Source: a virus
Direction: 5' to 3' (one strand)
IMG/VR virus record: IMGVR_UViG_3300031576_000004
Location: 32,001-96,000 of that record
DNA: 64,000 nt
Shown: piece after piece, positions 47,041-53,783 of the stretch
Position numbering within the stretch: position 1 is the stretch's first letter
Layout of the letters: each line of letters opens with the position of its first letter
The notes under the pieces: model-generated
Seen by the model: only the letters and a program-made list of their open reading frames with translations
The model's database searches: none
What the model was told of the DNA's origin: nothing
Made by a program: the position numbers and the translations under genes

Positions 47041-47444
47041 GTGTGGAATTACAGGATCCTGAAGCGCATTAATAAGGTCGACAAGAAGCCTTATTACGCC
47101 ATGATTACGCCATGCACGAAGTCTATTACTCCAAGGACACTAAGACCGGAAAGGCCATCGCTAATGGCTGGACCCAGGATCCTGTAAGCGCCTACGGCGA
47201 TACTCCTAAAGAGGTCGTCGAGGCGCTCACCATGATGCTGAAGGATGCCGTTAAGGCCCCCGTCTTCGATGAGGCAAAGCAGGAAGCGTTTAATAAAAAG
47301 CGCAAGAAGCTTGGCTTCAAGACTGAGATGCAGCTGGCCGAAGAGGAAGCCAAGAAAGAAATGCGCGAAGGAAAGTGTCTCCCGATGGACACTCTCTGGG
47401 ACGATATCATTAAAGAGGGCAAAAAGAAGGAGAAAAAGAAGTGA
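47041..47444 (+). pseudogene. WNYR...HEVYY phage protein interrupted by an 11-bp tandem duplication
   Basis: AAGGAG RBS and GTG at 47041; ATTACGCCATG occurs twice at 47093-47114. Confidence 0.6.
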
Positions 47445-47881
47445 TTCACTATGACGCCTTGCGCCTCGACTGGCTGGCCAAACAGGAAGGATCTGCTCTT
47501 GTCAGTGACGATAATGGCCATTGGGCTGTTGCAACCACTGGCACACAAAATGTCCCAATGGGGAAGGATCCAGTTGATATCAACACCACCTTCTGGATCA
47601 AGAAACAGGAGTGGCATAATTCCATTCGTGAGGCGCTTGATGCAGCAATGAAGGAGGACGCCGATGCCACATAAGACTGATGCCCAGATCAATGAGGCCT
47701 GCAAGCACCTACATCACGCTGCTACTACTGAGATAGATGTATGCGATGATCTTATCGCCGCCATTGGAGATGCTGTCCTAAGCCCAGAAGACAGAGTCAT
47801 CCTATGGCGGAAGGCAAAGGTCATTAGGGCTAATGTAGCAAGGCTCACGAATGAGATAGACTTCGATGAACCTGAGCTGAC

Positions 47882-49324
47882 GTGAATAAGAAGACGATCC
47901 GTGGCAAGGACTACGAAATCACTATGTCTCCGATGTCTCCAGAAGACATAAAGAAATTAACCGAAAAGACAGATCTCGTAGGCATAGAAGGATTAACAAT
48001 GGATGTTTCATTTGAATGGAGCGAAACAGGAGACAAAATGCAAGGATCGTCAATTGGAGCGATGGAAGCTGTAGAGGTAGCTCGTCCTAGCAACGAGCCT
48101 CCGATGCAGGCAACAAAGGCCGAGAGAAATCGGCCAATGATTAGGAACAAGCTCGATAAATCAAAGATGGTTACACATCCACTTGGCATCCCAGGTGGAT
48201 TTAGCTCTCAGTTCCACTTCAAGCCTCAATCCATGATTGAGTACACCATCGCCATTAAGGGCGCTGCGGATCTCTTCCAGCAAATGGACTATGTCAACGC
48301 TGGACCGAGAAACTACCTGCAAGTGGGACTAATGGAACACCAGGAATGCTTGGCAAATGGAGCAGCCGTTAAGAACATAGATGGGCATCTTACATCAGTT
48401 GTTCTTTCTACGAATCCCGACAACGGTATCTTCTCCGCTTCATTCCATAGTTACAACGAAGATGCCATGCAGAAGATGGCCAGCGAGTTTCATCGCGTTT
48501 GCAGCGAGGGAAACTTTTACCGTGGGAAGCATCTTAAGGCTATGGACTTTGATTGCCCACAGCCTCTGGTATTCCTATCTCCTCCAGCAAATCCTCTAAT
48601 CTACGGATTCAAGGAAGAGCAGGATGCAATTAATATGCATGCTGTTCGGTATTTCGAATGTGAAGAGATCCATAAGATCGCCCCTCAGAGAGGAGTTCTT
48701 CTCTATGGGCGTCCAGGCTCTGGAAAGAGTCTATTGGTCTCAAAGACGAAGTACGAATGCCTACAGAAAGGCATTACAGTGGTTGAGGCAAGCATCGAGG
48801 GTATGCGAGAGATCGGTAAGTGGTTCGCTCTTATCGAAGCATGGCTTGCCCCTGCCCTAGTTGTCCTTGAGGACGTGGATCTTATTGGTGGAGACAGGGA
48901 TATTCCTGAACTGCCCCACCAGCTTACTACAGATCTTCTGTCCAGCCTTGGCGGCAACACCAGGCGCATTAATCCCATCGTGACCATTGCCACGACCAAC
49001 CGCTTGGACTCTCTCGATAACGCATTCCTTCGGGCTCGGCGAATGGACAAGGTTATGGAGATCAATGGTCTCCAGCCTGATTTTAAAGCCGAGTTGTTCC
49101 GCCGGCATGGGATGAAGGTGACAGAACAGGCTCTTCAAGCCGCGGTTACTCAGCTCGGACCAGACACTACTGGAGCCGACGTTGAAGAGATTTCTGTCAG
49201 CACTCTGACCTATAGCCATTTCGGAATGCCACATGAAGAGGCCTTCACCAAGAGCCTGGGAGAATGGGCTAAGGGCCATTCCGCTAAAGCAAATCTTGGC
49301 TTTAACAAGAAGCAGCAAGACTAA
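47882..49324 (+). CDS. AAA+ ATPase
   Basis: GVLLYGRPGSGKS, VVLEDVD and ATTNRLDSLDNAFLRARRMD (second region of homology). Confidence 0.9.
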   Translation: MNKKTIRGKDYEITMSPMSPEDIKKLTEKTDLVGIEGLTMDVSFEWSETGDKMQGSSIGAMEAVEVARPSNEPPMQATKAERNRPMIRNKLDKSKMVTHPLGIPGGFSSQFHFKPQSMIEYTIAIKGAADLFQQMDYVNAGPRNYLQVGLMEHQECLANGAAVKNIDGHLTSVVLSTNPDNGIFSASFHSYNEDAMQKMASEFHRVCSEGNFYRGKHLKAMDFDCPQPLVFLSPPANPLIYGFKEEQDAINMHAVRYFECEEIHKIAPQRGVLLYGRPGSGKSLLVSKTKYECLQKGITVVEASIEGMREIGKWFALIEAWLAPALVVLEDVDLIGGDRDIPELPHQLTTDLLSSLGGNTRRINPIVTIATTNRLDSLDNAFLRARRMDKVMEINGLQPDFKAELFRRHGMKVTEQALQAAVTQLGPDTTGADVEEISVSTLTYSHFGMPHEEAFTKSLGEWAKGHSAKANLGFNKKQQD

Positions 49325-49328
49325 CCTA

Positions 49329-49518
49329 TCCGTGTGGCTGCGAGGAAGGACTCGCAACAGTTAATAGAACAGAAAGGCACGGCTATCTGGTGGTTCCAGA
49401 TAGTTGTAATGGTCAATCTCCTATTGGTTGGAATGTGTCGCCAGCGGGCGGCCTCCGCAAATAGCCTCACCAGCCCTGAAAGCGGAAAGCCGGTGTCAAG
49501 TCCGGTCCACACGGGCCA
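49329..49518 (+). ncRNA. tRNA-like RNA (about 190 nt)
   Basis: TCCGTGTGG/CCACACGGG stem then CCA; D-arm-like TGCGAG-GAAGGA-CTCGCA; T-arm GCCGG-TGTCAAGT-CCGGT. Confidence 0.65.
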
Positions 49519-49575
49519 TAGCTACTCAACATATTTATAACTATATTTATAGGAGGATTCGCAGCGGAGACTTAA

Positions 49576-50325
49576 ATGAAACTTACGAGTAAGGATCTTG
49601 AAGAAGTTTATGAGGGCGAGACTCGGTTTGTTAAGGCAAAGGCGATGTTCGTTACCCCTCTGGTTGGCGGCGTTCCTGCCAGCCGTGAGGGTGTAGAGAA
49701 CTATGTCGAGTTCGCCATGAATCTTGTCCGTGACTCCCAGGAGTTCAAGGACAAGGTAGCCGAGATCTTGAAGGAAGAGATCGGCGAGAGAGAGATCAAG
49801 CCAGATGAGGGCGAGAAGGATGAGGTTGCGTCCTATGGCGTTAACTGCATCCGCAAGGATAAGTTCGGCCATTTCCTGATGGACTTCCAGATCAAGGCCA
49901 ACCTGAAGTGCGCTGCATCAAGGATCGGGCTATTCGTGGCCGATAAGGCCGCCGGCCGTAAGGCTGGAGCCAAGGGAGATATGGCTGAGCTCGGACGAGT
50001 TCACGCTATCGGTGCCTCATTGAGGGATGTTGAAAACAAGAGGAAGATCTATCTTCTTCAGAATGGCGGAACCCCAGTAAAGACTGTCTATGAGAAGTTC
50101 ATGGGCAAGGTGAGCAACGCCTCTGGCTCTCACTCCATCGTCCATGACTCTGAGGTCGCCCCTGCTGGAACCTGGTTCGAATTCGAGTTCAGGGCTCCGG
50201 ACAAGCGCCTCAAGGCTGAGGACTTCAAGCGCATCTTCGCGCACTCTGGTATTATCGGCTTCGGTTCCGCTCGTTCTCTGGAGCGCGGCAAGGTCGAGTA
50301 TCAGGAAGTTGAGATCGAGGATTAG
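49576..50325 (+). CDS. Stand-alone RAMP/Cas7-like protein
   Basis: MFVTPLVGGVP (beta1), QIKANLK, SEVAPAGTWFEFEF and the C-terminal G-loop GFGSARSLERGKVE. Confidence 0.75.
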   Translation: MKLTSKDLEEVYEGETRFVKAKAMFVTPLVGGVPASREGVENYVEFAMNLVRDSQEFKDKVAEILKEEIGEREIKPDEGEKDEVASYGVNCIRKDKFGHFLMDFQIKANLKCAASRIGLFVADKAAGRKAGAKGDMAELGRVHAIGASLRDVENKRKIYLLQNGGTPVKTVYEKFMGKVSNASGSHSIVHDSEVAPAGTWFEFEFRAPDKRLKAEDFKRIFAHSGIIGFGSARSLERGKVEYQEVEIED

Positions 50326-50331
50326 TTAGTA

Positions 50332-50479
50332 ATTGGTTGGCGGCGGCGTGGAGAGCAGACACGCTTAAACAATACTGCGGATCCTACCCAATCACTGGAA
50401 CAGGTAGATTGAAGCCTATTGTTTTGCTGGACCCAGTGAATTCCAGATAGCCAGAGTAGCGCCTGGCCCGCCAACCAAT
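50332..50479 (+). ncRNA. tRNA-like RNA (about 148 nt)
   Basis: ATTGGTTGGCGG/CCGCCAACCAAT stem; D-arm GCGTG-GAGAGCAGA-CACGC; T-arm GCCAG-AGTAGCGC-CTGGC. Confidence 0.65.
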
Positions 50480-50497
50480 CTTTTTTGAAATTAGTTG

Positions 50498-50526
50498 TTG
50501 ACACCTATCCCATAGAATGCTAAAGT
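50498..50526 (+). promoter_or_regulatory. Sigma70 promoter of the tRNA operon
   Basis: TTGACA-17 nt-TAAAGT with an extended -10 TGn. Confidence 0.75.
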
Positions 50527-50543
50527 TCGCCCCGAGGAGATCC

Positions 50544-50669
50544 ATGCTTTCATATAGGAAACCCTTTATTCAATTGTCGTGCGTGTGGGGAGAAAGCCTC
50601 CCACTACGCCCGATAACGCTCCATTCCGCCGGTCAGGCGGATAATACAAAGGAGCGGAGACTGGGATAA
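50544..50669 (+). CDS. 41-aa pan-codon leader peptide MLSYRKPFIQLSCVWGESLPLRPITLHSAGQADNTKERRLG
   Basis: GAGGAG RBS; 39 distinct codons of 41; all 20 amino acids; the stop abuts the antiterminator. Confidence 0.8.
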   Translation: MLSYRKPFIQLSCVWGESLPLRPITLHSAGQADNTKERRLG

Positions 50670-50700
50670 CGGGTTCCGAACTAGAGATAAAAGGAACCCG
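50670..50700 (+). promoter_or_regulatory. Antiterminator hairpin
   Basis: CGGGTTCC (50670-50677) is perfectly complementary to GGAACCCG (50693-50700), which overlaps the terminator 5' arm. Confidence 0.75.
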
Positions 50701-50736
50701 AAATCCCTGAAAAGGAATTTCGGGTTTTTTGTTTTT
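50695..50736 (+). terminator. Attenuator terminator upstream of the tRNA array
   Basis: AACCCGAAAT-C-CCT-GAAA-AGG-A-ATTTCGGGTT followed by TTTTGTTTTT. Confidence 0.85.
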
Positions 50737-50774
50737 ACCTAGGACGACGAAAGGACGGTGCGGAAGAAATAACT

Positions 50775-50849
50775 GGGTCCTAAGCATTAACAGTGATGCA
50801 GTTGGCTCTTAACCAACAGAAGAGGGTGCGATTCCCTCAGGACCCACCA
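50775..50849 (+). tRNA. tRNA-Lys(CTT)
   Basis: Cloverleaf; encoded CCA. Confidence 0.9.
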
Positions 50850-50851
50850 AT

Positions 50852-50926
50852 GGGCTGTAAGCTTTAAAAGTGAAGCAGTTGGCCTTTAACCAACAGAACT
50901 CGGAGCGTTACCGAGGCGGCCCACCA
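50852..50926 (+). tRNA. tRNA-Lys(TTT)
   Basis: Cloverleaf; C33; T-loop AGCGTTA; CCA. Confidence 0.88.
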
Positions 50927-50941
50927 ACTAATGATTTAAAC

Positions 50942-51017
50942 GGTGCTATGGTGTAGCGGCTCTGCATGCCTGGTTGTCAACCAGTAGGTCCGAGTTCGAC
51001 TCTCGGTAGTACCGCCA
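50942..51017 (+). tRNA. tRNA-Asp(GTC)
   Basis: Cloverleaf; G73; CCA. Confidence 0.9.
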
Positions 51018-51032
51018 GATTAGATCGGTTCG

Positions 51033-51045
51033 GTTCTTTGAAAAC
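51033..51045 (+). promoter_or_regulatory. boxA-like antitermination element
   Basis: GTTCTTTGAAAAC resembles rRNA-operon boxA. Confidence 0.55.
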
Positions 51046-51109
51046 TTTGCGTGCGGGAACACCTGACTGAAGGAACTTCAGTAGGCCCGCATGATGTTGT
51101 GTGGTAAAT

Positions 51110-51185
51110 GCGCGCTTAACTCAGCGGCTAGAGTGCCTCTTTTACACGGAGGAAGTCAGGGGTTCGAGTCCCTTAGCGCGTACCA
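51110..51185 (+). tRNA. tRNA-Val(TAC)
   Basis: Canonical cloverleaf; CCA. Confidence 0.93.
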
Positions 51186-51187
51186 GT

Positions 51188-51262
51188 TGCCCTGTCGTCT
51201 AATTGGCAAGACGCGAGACTTTGGATCTCGCTATTCAGGTTCGAACCCTGGCGGGGCAACCA
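51188..51262 (+). tRNA. tRNA-Gln(TTG)
   Basis: Cloverleaf; U1-A72; CCA. Confidence 0.92.
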
Positions 51263-51272
51263 ATTTAAATAT

Positions 51273-51347
51273 CGGGCTCTAGGCTCGGAGTGAGCCGCTT
51301 GTTTCGGGAACAAGAGGCGGCGTGTGCAACTCACGCGAGCCCGACCA
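51273..51347 (+). tRNA. tRNA-Pro(CGG)
   Basis: Cloverleaf; C1-G72; CCA. Confidence 0.88.
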
Positions 51348-51348
51348 T

Positions 51349-51423
51349 TCAGGAGTAGTTCAATTGGTAGAACGACAGACTCTGGATCTGTAGATCTTGG
51401 TTCGATTCCAGGCTCCTGAACCA
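51349..51423 (+). tRNA. tRNA-Gln(CTG)
   Basis: Cloverleaf; CCA. Confidence 0.92.
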
Positions 51424-51442
51424 ATAGTAAACGATAAAATAT

Positions 51443-51517
51443 GGACCTGTAGCTCAAGGGTCAGAGCACGTGCCTTATAAGCACTAGACGGTGGTTCGAC
51501 TCCACCCAGGTCTACCA
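51443..51517 (+). tRNA. tRNA-Ile(TAT)
   Basis: Cloverleaf; loop CT-TAT-AA; CCA. Confidence 0.88.
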
Positions 51518-51518
51518 T

Positions 51519-51592
51519 GCGGGTTTAGCTCAAAAGAAGAGTGTTAGCGTGACATGCTAAAGACAGAGGAGCGTTACCTCTAACCCGCACCA
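51519..51592 (+). tRNA. tRNA-Val(GAC)
   Basis: Cloverleaf; T-loop AGCGTTA; CCA. Confidence 0.88.
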
Positions 51593-51593
51593 T

Positions 51594-51668
51594 CCACCCT
51601 TAACATAGAAGTCTATGTGCCTGTCTGATACGCAGGAAATCGTGGAGCGTTACCACGAGGGTGGACCA
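51594..51668 (+). tRNA. tRNA-Ile(GAT)
   Basis: Cloverleaf; T-loop AGCGTTA; CCA. Confidence 0.82.
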
Positions 51669-51687
51669 ATATAACAGGAGTTTATTC

Positions 51688-52056
51688 ATGCCATACAAAG
51701 ACCCAGCCATTCAGAGAGCATTCCAAAACAAATTCTTAAAAGAAAGACGGGATCTATGGCTAGCATCTAATGGCCCATGCTCCTGCGGATCTCGAATAGA
51801 TCTTCAAGTCGACCATGTGGATCCAAGCAAAAAGGTGGATCATAAAGTTTGGTCATGGTCAGAAAAAAGAAGAGCCGAAGAGTTGTCTAAATGCCAAGTT
51901 CTTTGCAAGAAGTGTCATAGAAAAAAGACGAACAAAGACAACAATTATGGACAAATCCACGGCACATATAATTCGTATAAACGATATTGTTGCCGGTGCG
52001 CTCCATGCAAAAAAGCTTCGGCAGAAGATAGAAGAAGGTGGAAGCGAAATAGATAA
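51688..52056 (+). CDS. HNH endonuclease within the tRNA array
   Basis: CSCG...LQVDHVDP...CQVLCKKCH; AGGAG RBS. Confidence 0.8.
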   Translation: MPYKDPAIQRAFQNKFLKERRDLWLASNGPCSCGSRIDLQVDHVDPSKKVDHKVWSWSEKRRAEELSKCQVLCKKCHRKKTNKDNNYGQIHGTYNSYKRYCCRCAPCKKASAEDRRRWKRNR

Positions 52057-52059
52057 CTT

Positions 52060-52134
52060 CGGGGTGTAGCTCAGAGGAAGAGCGCCTGGTTTGGGACCAG
52101 GAGGCCGAGATATCATAATTCTCCACCCCGACCA
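52060..52134 (+). tRNA. tRNA-Pro(TGG)
   Basis: Cloverleaf with an atypical T-loop; CCA. Confidence 0.85.
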
Positions 52135-52136
52135 AT

Positions 52137-52212
52137 GGTGGCTATAGCTCAAGTAGTAGAGCACGGGTCTGTGGAACCTGTTATGCGAGTGCAAGTCTCG
52201 CTAGTCACCCCA
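52137..52212 (+). tRNA. tRNA-His(GTG)
   Basis: G-1/C73; cloverleaf; CCA. Confidence 0.9.
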
Positions 52213-52221
52213 ACACAAAGT

Positions 52222-52328
52222 GCGCCGACCGATCGGATGGACGATCAGTGGGGATATCCCTTACCCATGAATACGCCCGAAAGGGGAATAGTGGGATAGC
52301 CAGAATCAATCCTGGCGCGGCGTTACCA
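52222..52328 (+). ncRNA. tRNA-like RNA (about 107 nt)
   Basis: GCGCCG/CGGCGT stem; D-arm GATCG-GATGGA-CGATC; T-arm GCCAG-AATCAATC-CTGGC; ends in ACCA. Confidence 0.6.
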
Positions 52329-52329
52329 A

Positions 52330-52403
52330 GGGCATTCAGCTCGGAAGTCGAGCGCTTCCCTGAAGAGGAAGAGAGCCAGGAGCGTTACCTGGAATGCCCA
52401 CCA
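52330..52403 (+). tRNA. tRNA-Phe(GAA)
   Basis: Cloverleaf; T-loop AGCGTTA; CCA. Confidence 0.88.
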
Positions 52404-52412
52404 ATCAAACAT

Positions 52413-52486
52413 GGGCTTCTAGTTCAACGGTAGAACGTCAGCCCTGCAAGCTGAATATCGGAGTTCGATTCTCCGGAGGTCCACCA
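52413..52486 (+). tRNA. tRNA-Ala(TGC)
   Basis: G3-U70; C33; CCA. Confidence 0.9.
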
Positions 52487-52487
52487 T

Positions 52488-52561
52488 CCGGCTGTAGCTC
52501 AATGGCAGAGCGCTAGCTTCCCAAGCTAGTTACGGGGGTTCGATTCCCCTCAGCCGGTCCA
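52488..52561 (+). tRNA. tRNA-Gly(CCC)
   Basis: Cloverleaf; U73; CCA. Confidence 0.92.
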
Positions 52562-52562
52562 A

Positions 52563-52636
52563 CCACCTGTAGCTCAATGGTAGAGCGTCTCTTTGCCAAG
52601 GAGAACACGGGAGTTCGATTCTCCTCAGGTGGTCCA
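52563..52636 (+). tRNA. tRNA-Gly(GCC)
   Basis: Cloverleaf; U73; CCA. Confidence 0.92.
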
Positions 52637-52644
52637 TTAAAATT

Positions 52645-52718
52645 GCACGTGTATCTCAATGGCAGAGAGCGAGTTTTCCAAACTCGTTACGAGGGTTCGA
52701 TTCCCTCCACGTGCTCCA
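52645..52718 (+). tRNA. tRNA-Gly(TCC)
   Basis: Cloverleaf; U73; CCA. Confidence 0.92.
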
Positions 52719-52719
52719 A

Positions 52720-52793
52720 GCCCGCATAGCTTAGTGGCAGAGCACCTCATTGGTAATGAGGAGATACTGGTCCGATTCCAGTTGTGGGCTCCA
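52720..52793 (+). tRNA. tRNA-Thr(GGT)
   Basis: Cloverleaf; CCA. Confidence 0.92.
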
Positions 52794-52794
52794 A

Positions 52795-52868
52795 GCTACT
52801 GTAGTTCAATAGTAGAATCTCTCACTCGTAATGAGAGGACGGCGGAGCGTAACCGCCCAGTAGCTCCA
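52795..52868 (+). tRNA. tRNA-Thr(CGT)
   Basis: Cloverleaf; T-loop AGCGTAA; CCA. Confidence 0.88.
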
Positions 52869-52869
52869 A

Positions 52870-52943
52870 GCTGGTATAGTTCAACGGCAGAATAGGTGCC
52901 TTGTAAGCACTTGATGAGGGTTCAATTCCTTCTACCAGCTCCA
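52870..52943 (+). tRNA. tRNA-Thr(TGT)
   Basis: Cloverleaf; CCA. Confidence 0.92.
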
Positions 52944-52954
52944 ATAAGATCCGT

Positions 52955-53039
52955 TCAGGGGCAGCATGATGGTCATGCGCCTGGCTGTTAACCAGCGTCC
53001 GCAAGGACAATGTGGGTTCGAGTCCCACCCCCTGAGCCA
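52955..53039 (+). tRNA. tRNA-Asn(GTT) with a long variable arm
   Basis: Loop CT-GTT-AA; V-arm GTCC-GCAA-GGAC; G73; CCA. Confidence 0.85.
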
Positions 53040-53040
53040 C

Positions 53041-53128
53041 CCCGTACTAGGCAGATAAAGATTCTGCGCAGACTGTAAATCTGAAGCCTTAAAAGCCACT
53101 CCTGGAGCATTACCAGGGTACGGGACCA
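53041..53128 (+). tRNA. tRNA-Tyr(GTA), C1-G72 type
   Basis: CCCGTAC/GTACGGG acceptor; loop CT-GTA-AA; long variable region; CCA. Confidence 0.82.
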
Positions 53129-53137
53129 TTAAATATC

Positions 53138-53350
53138 GCGGGGAGACATGTTCGAAGCAGGACCAATCCTTAATCGGATTGATATAGTGTAATAGGCAGC
53201 ACACCCGCATTTGTTTTAGATATGGAGAGAGAGGTGGGTTCGATTCCCACGCGGTGGAAGGAAGCATTCGTATGCCGTAGCGGTATAGGATCCCGAGTAG
53301 TAAGCGGGGTCTTGCATGCTGACAGCCGTTGTCTGGGCCGAGCTCTCCGC
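53138..53350 (+). ncRNA. Structured RNA with embedded tRNA D- and T-arm motifs
   Basis: GCGGGGAG/CTCTCCGC closing stem; TAGTGTAATAGGCAGCAC and GTGGGTTCGATTCCCAC inside. Confidence 0.45.
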
Positions 53351-53355
53351 ATTTT

Positions 53356-53430
53356 GCTCTCGTCGTATACTAGTTAATACCTCTGGTTCTCATCCAGAAA
53401 AAAGCGGAGCGTAACCGCTCGAGAGCACCA
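53356..53430 (+). tRNA. tRNA-Glu(CTC)
   Basis: Cloverleaf; T-loop AGCGTAA; CCA. Confidence 0.87.
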
Positions 53431-53432
53431 AC

Positions 53433-53506
53433 GGCGCATTCCTCTATCGGCAGGAGACCTGGTTTTCACCCAGGCAAGACGAGTTCGACTCTCGTATGCG
53501 CTACCA
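53433..53506 (+). tRNA. tRNA-Glu(TTC)
   Basis: Cloverleaf; CCA. Confidence 0.9.
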
Positions 53507-53513
53507 TAAATTC

Positions 53514-53584
53514 GGGTCGTCTTCTGGGGAAGAGCTAGAACTCCAAATCCTGGCAGGAAGGTTCAATTCCTTCACGACCCGCCA
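53514..53584 (+). tRNA. tRNA-Trp(CCA), compact D-arm
   Basis: GGGTCGT/ACGACCC acceptor; loop CT-CCA-AA; G73; CCA; 71 nt. Confidence 0.78.
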
Positions 53585-53592
53585 AAATCTAA

Positions 53593-53669
53593 GGCCGATA
53601 AGCTAAAGCATAGGAAGCGCCTGCCTGCAGAGCAGGTATTAATTGGTGAAACTCCAATATCGGCCTCCA
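53593..53669 (+). tRNA. tRNA-Cys(GCA)
   Basis: Cloverleaf; U73; CCA. Confidence 0.87.
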
Positions 53670-53690
53670 ATCTTTCTGATATAATACGGG

Positions 53691-53764
53691 CGCGGGATAG
53701 TGAAGTAGTATCACGTGAGCCTCATAAGCTCAAGACCTCCGTGCGAACCGGAGTCCCGCTACCA
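53691..53764 (+). tRNA. tRNA-Met(CAT), initiator-like
   Basis: CGCGGGA 5' end with an unpaired C1:U72; CCA. Confidence 0.85.
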
Positions 53765-53783
53765 CCTAATATTAGGAGGGCGC

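Noticed and set aside
50527-50740. T-box riboswitch as the explanation of the leader
   Set aside because: No T-box consensus (TGGNACC-type bulge) or specifier stem I is seen, while a translated ORF with an RBS explains the layout.
50566-50787. 73-aa minus-strand ORF over the tRNA leader
   Set aside because: It is antisense to a promoter-RBS-ORF-terminator arrangement that is coherent on the + strand.
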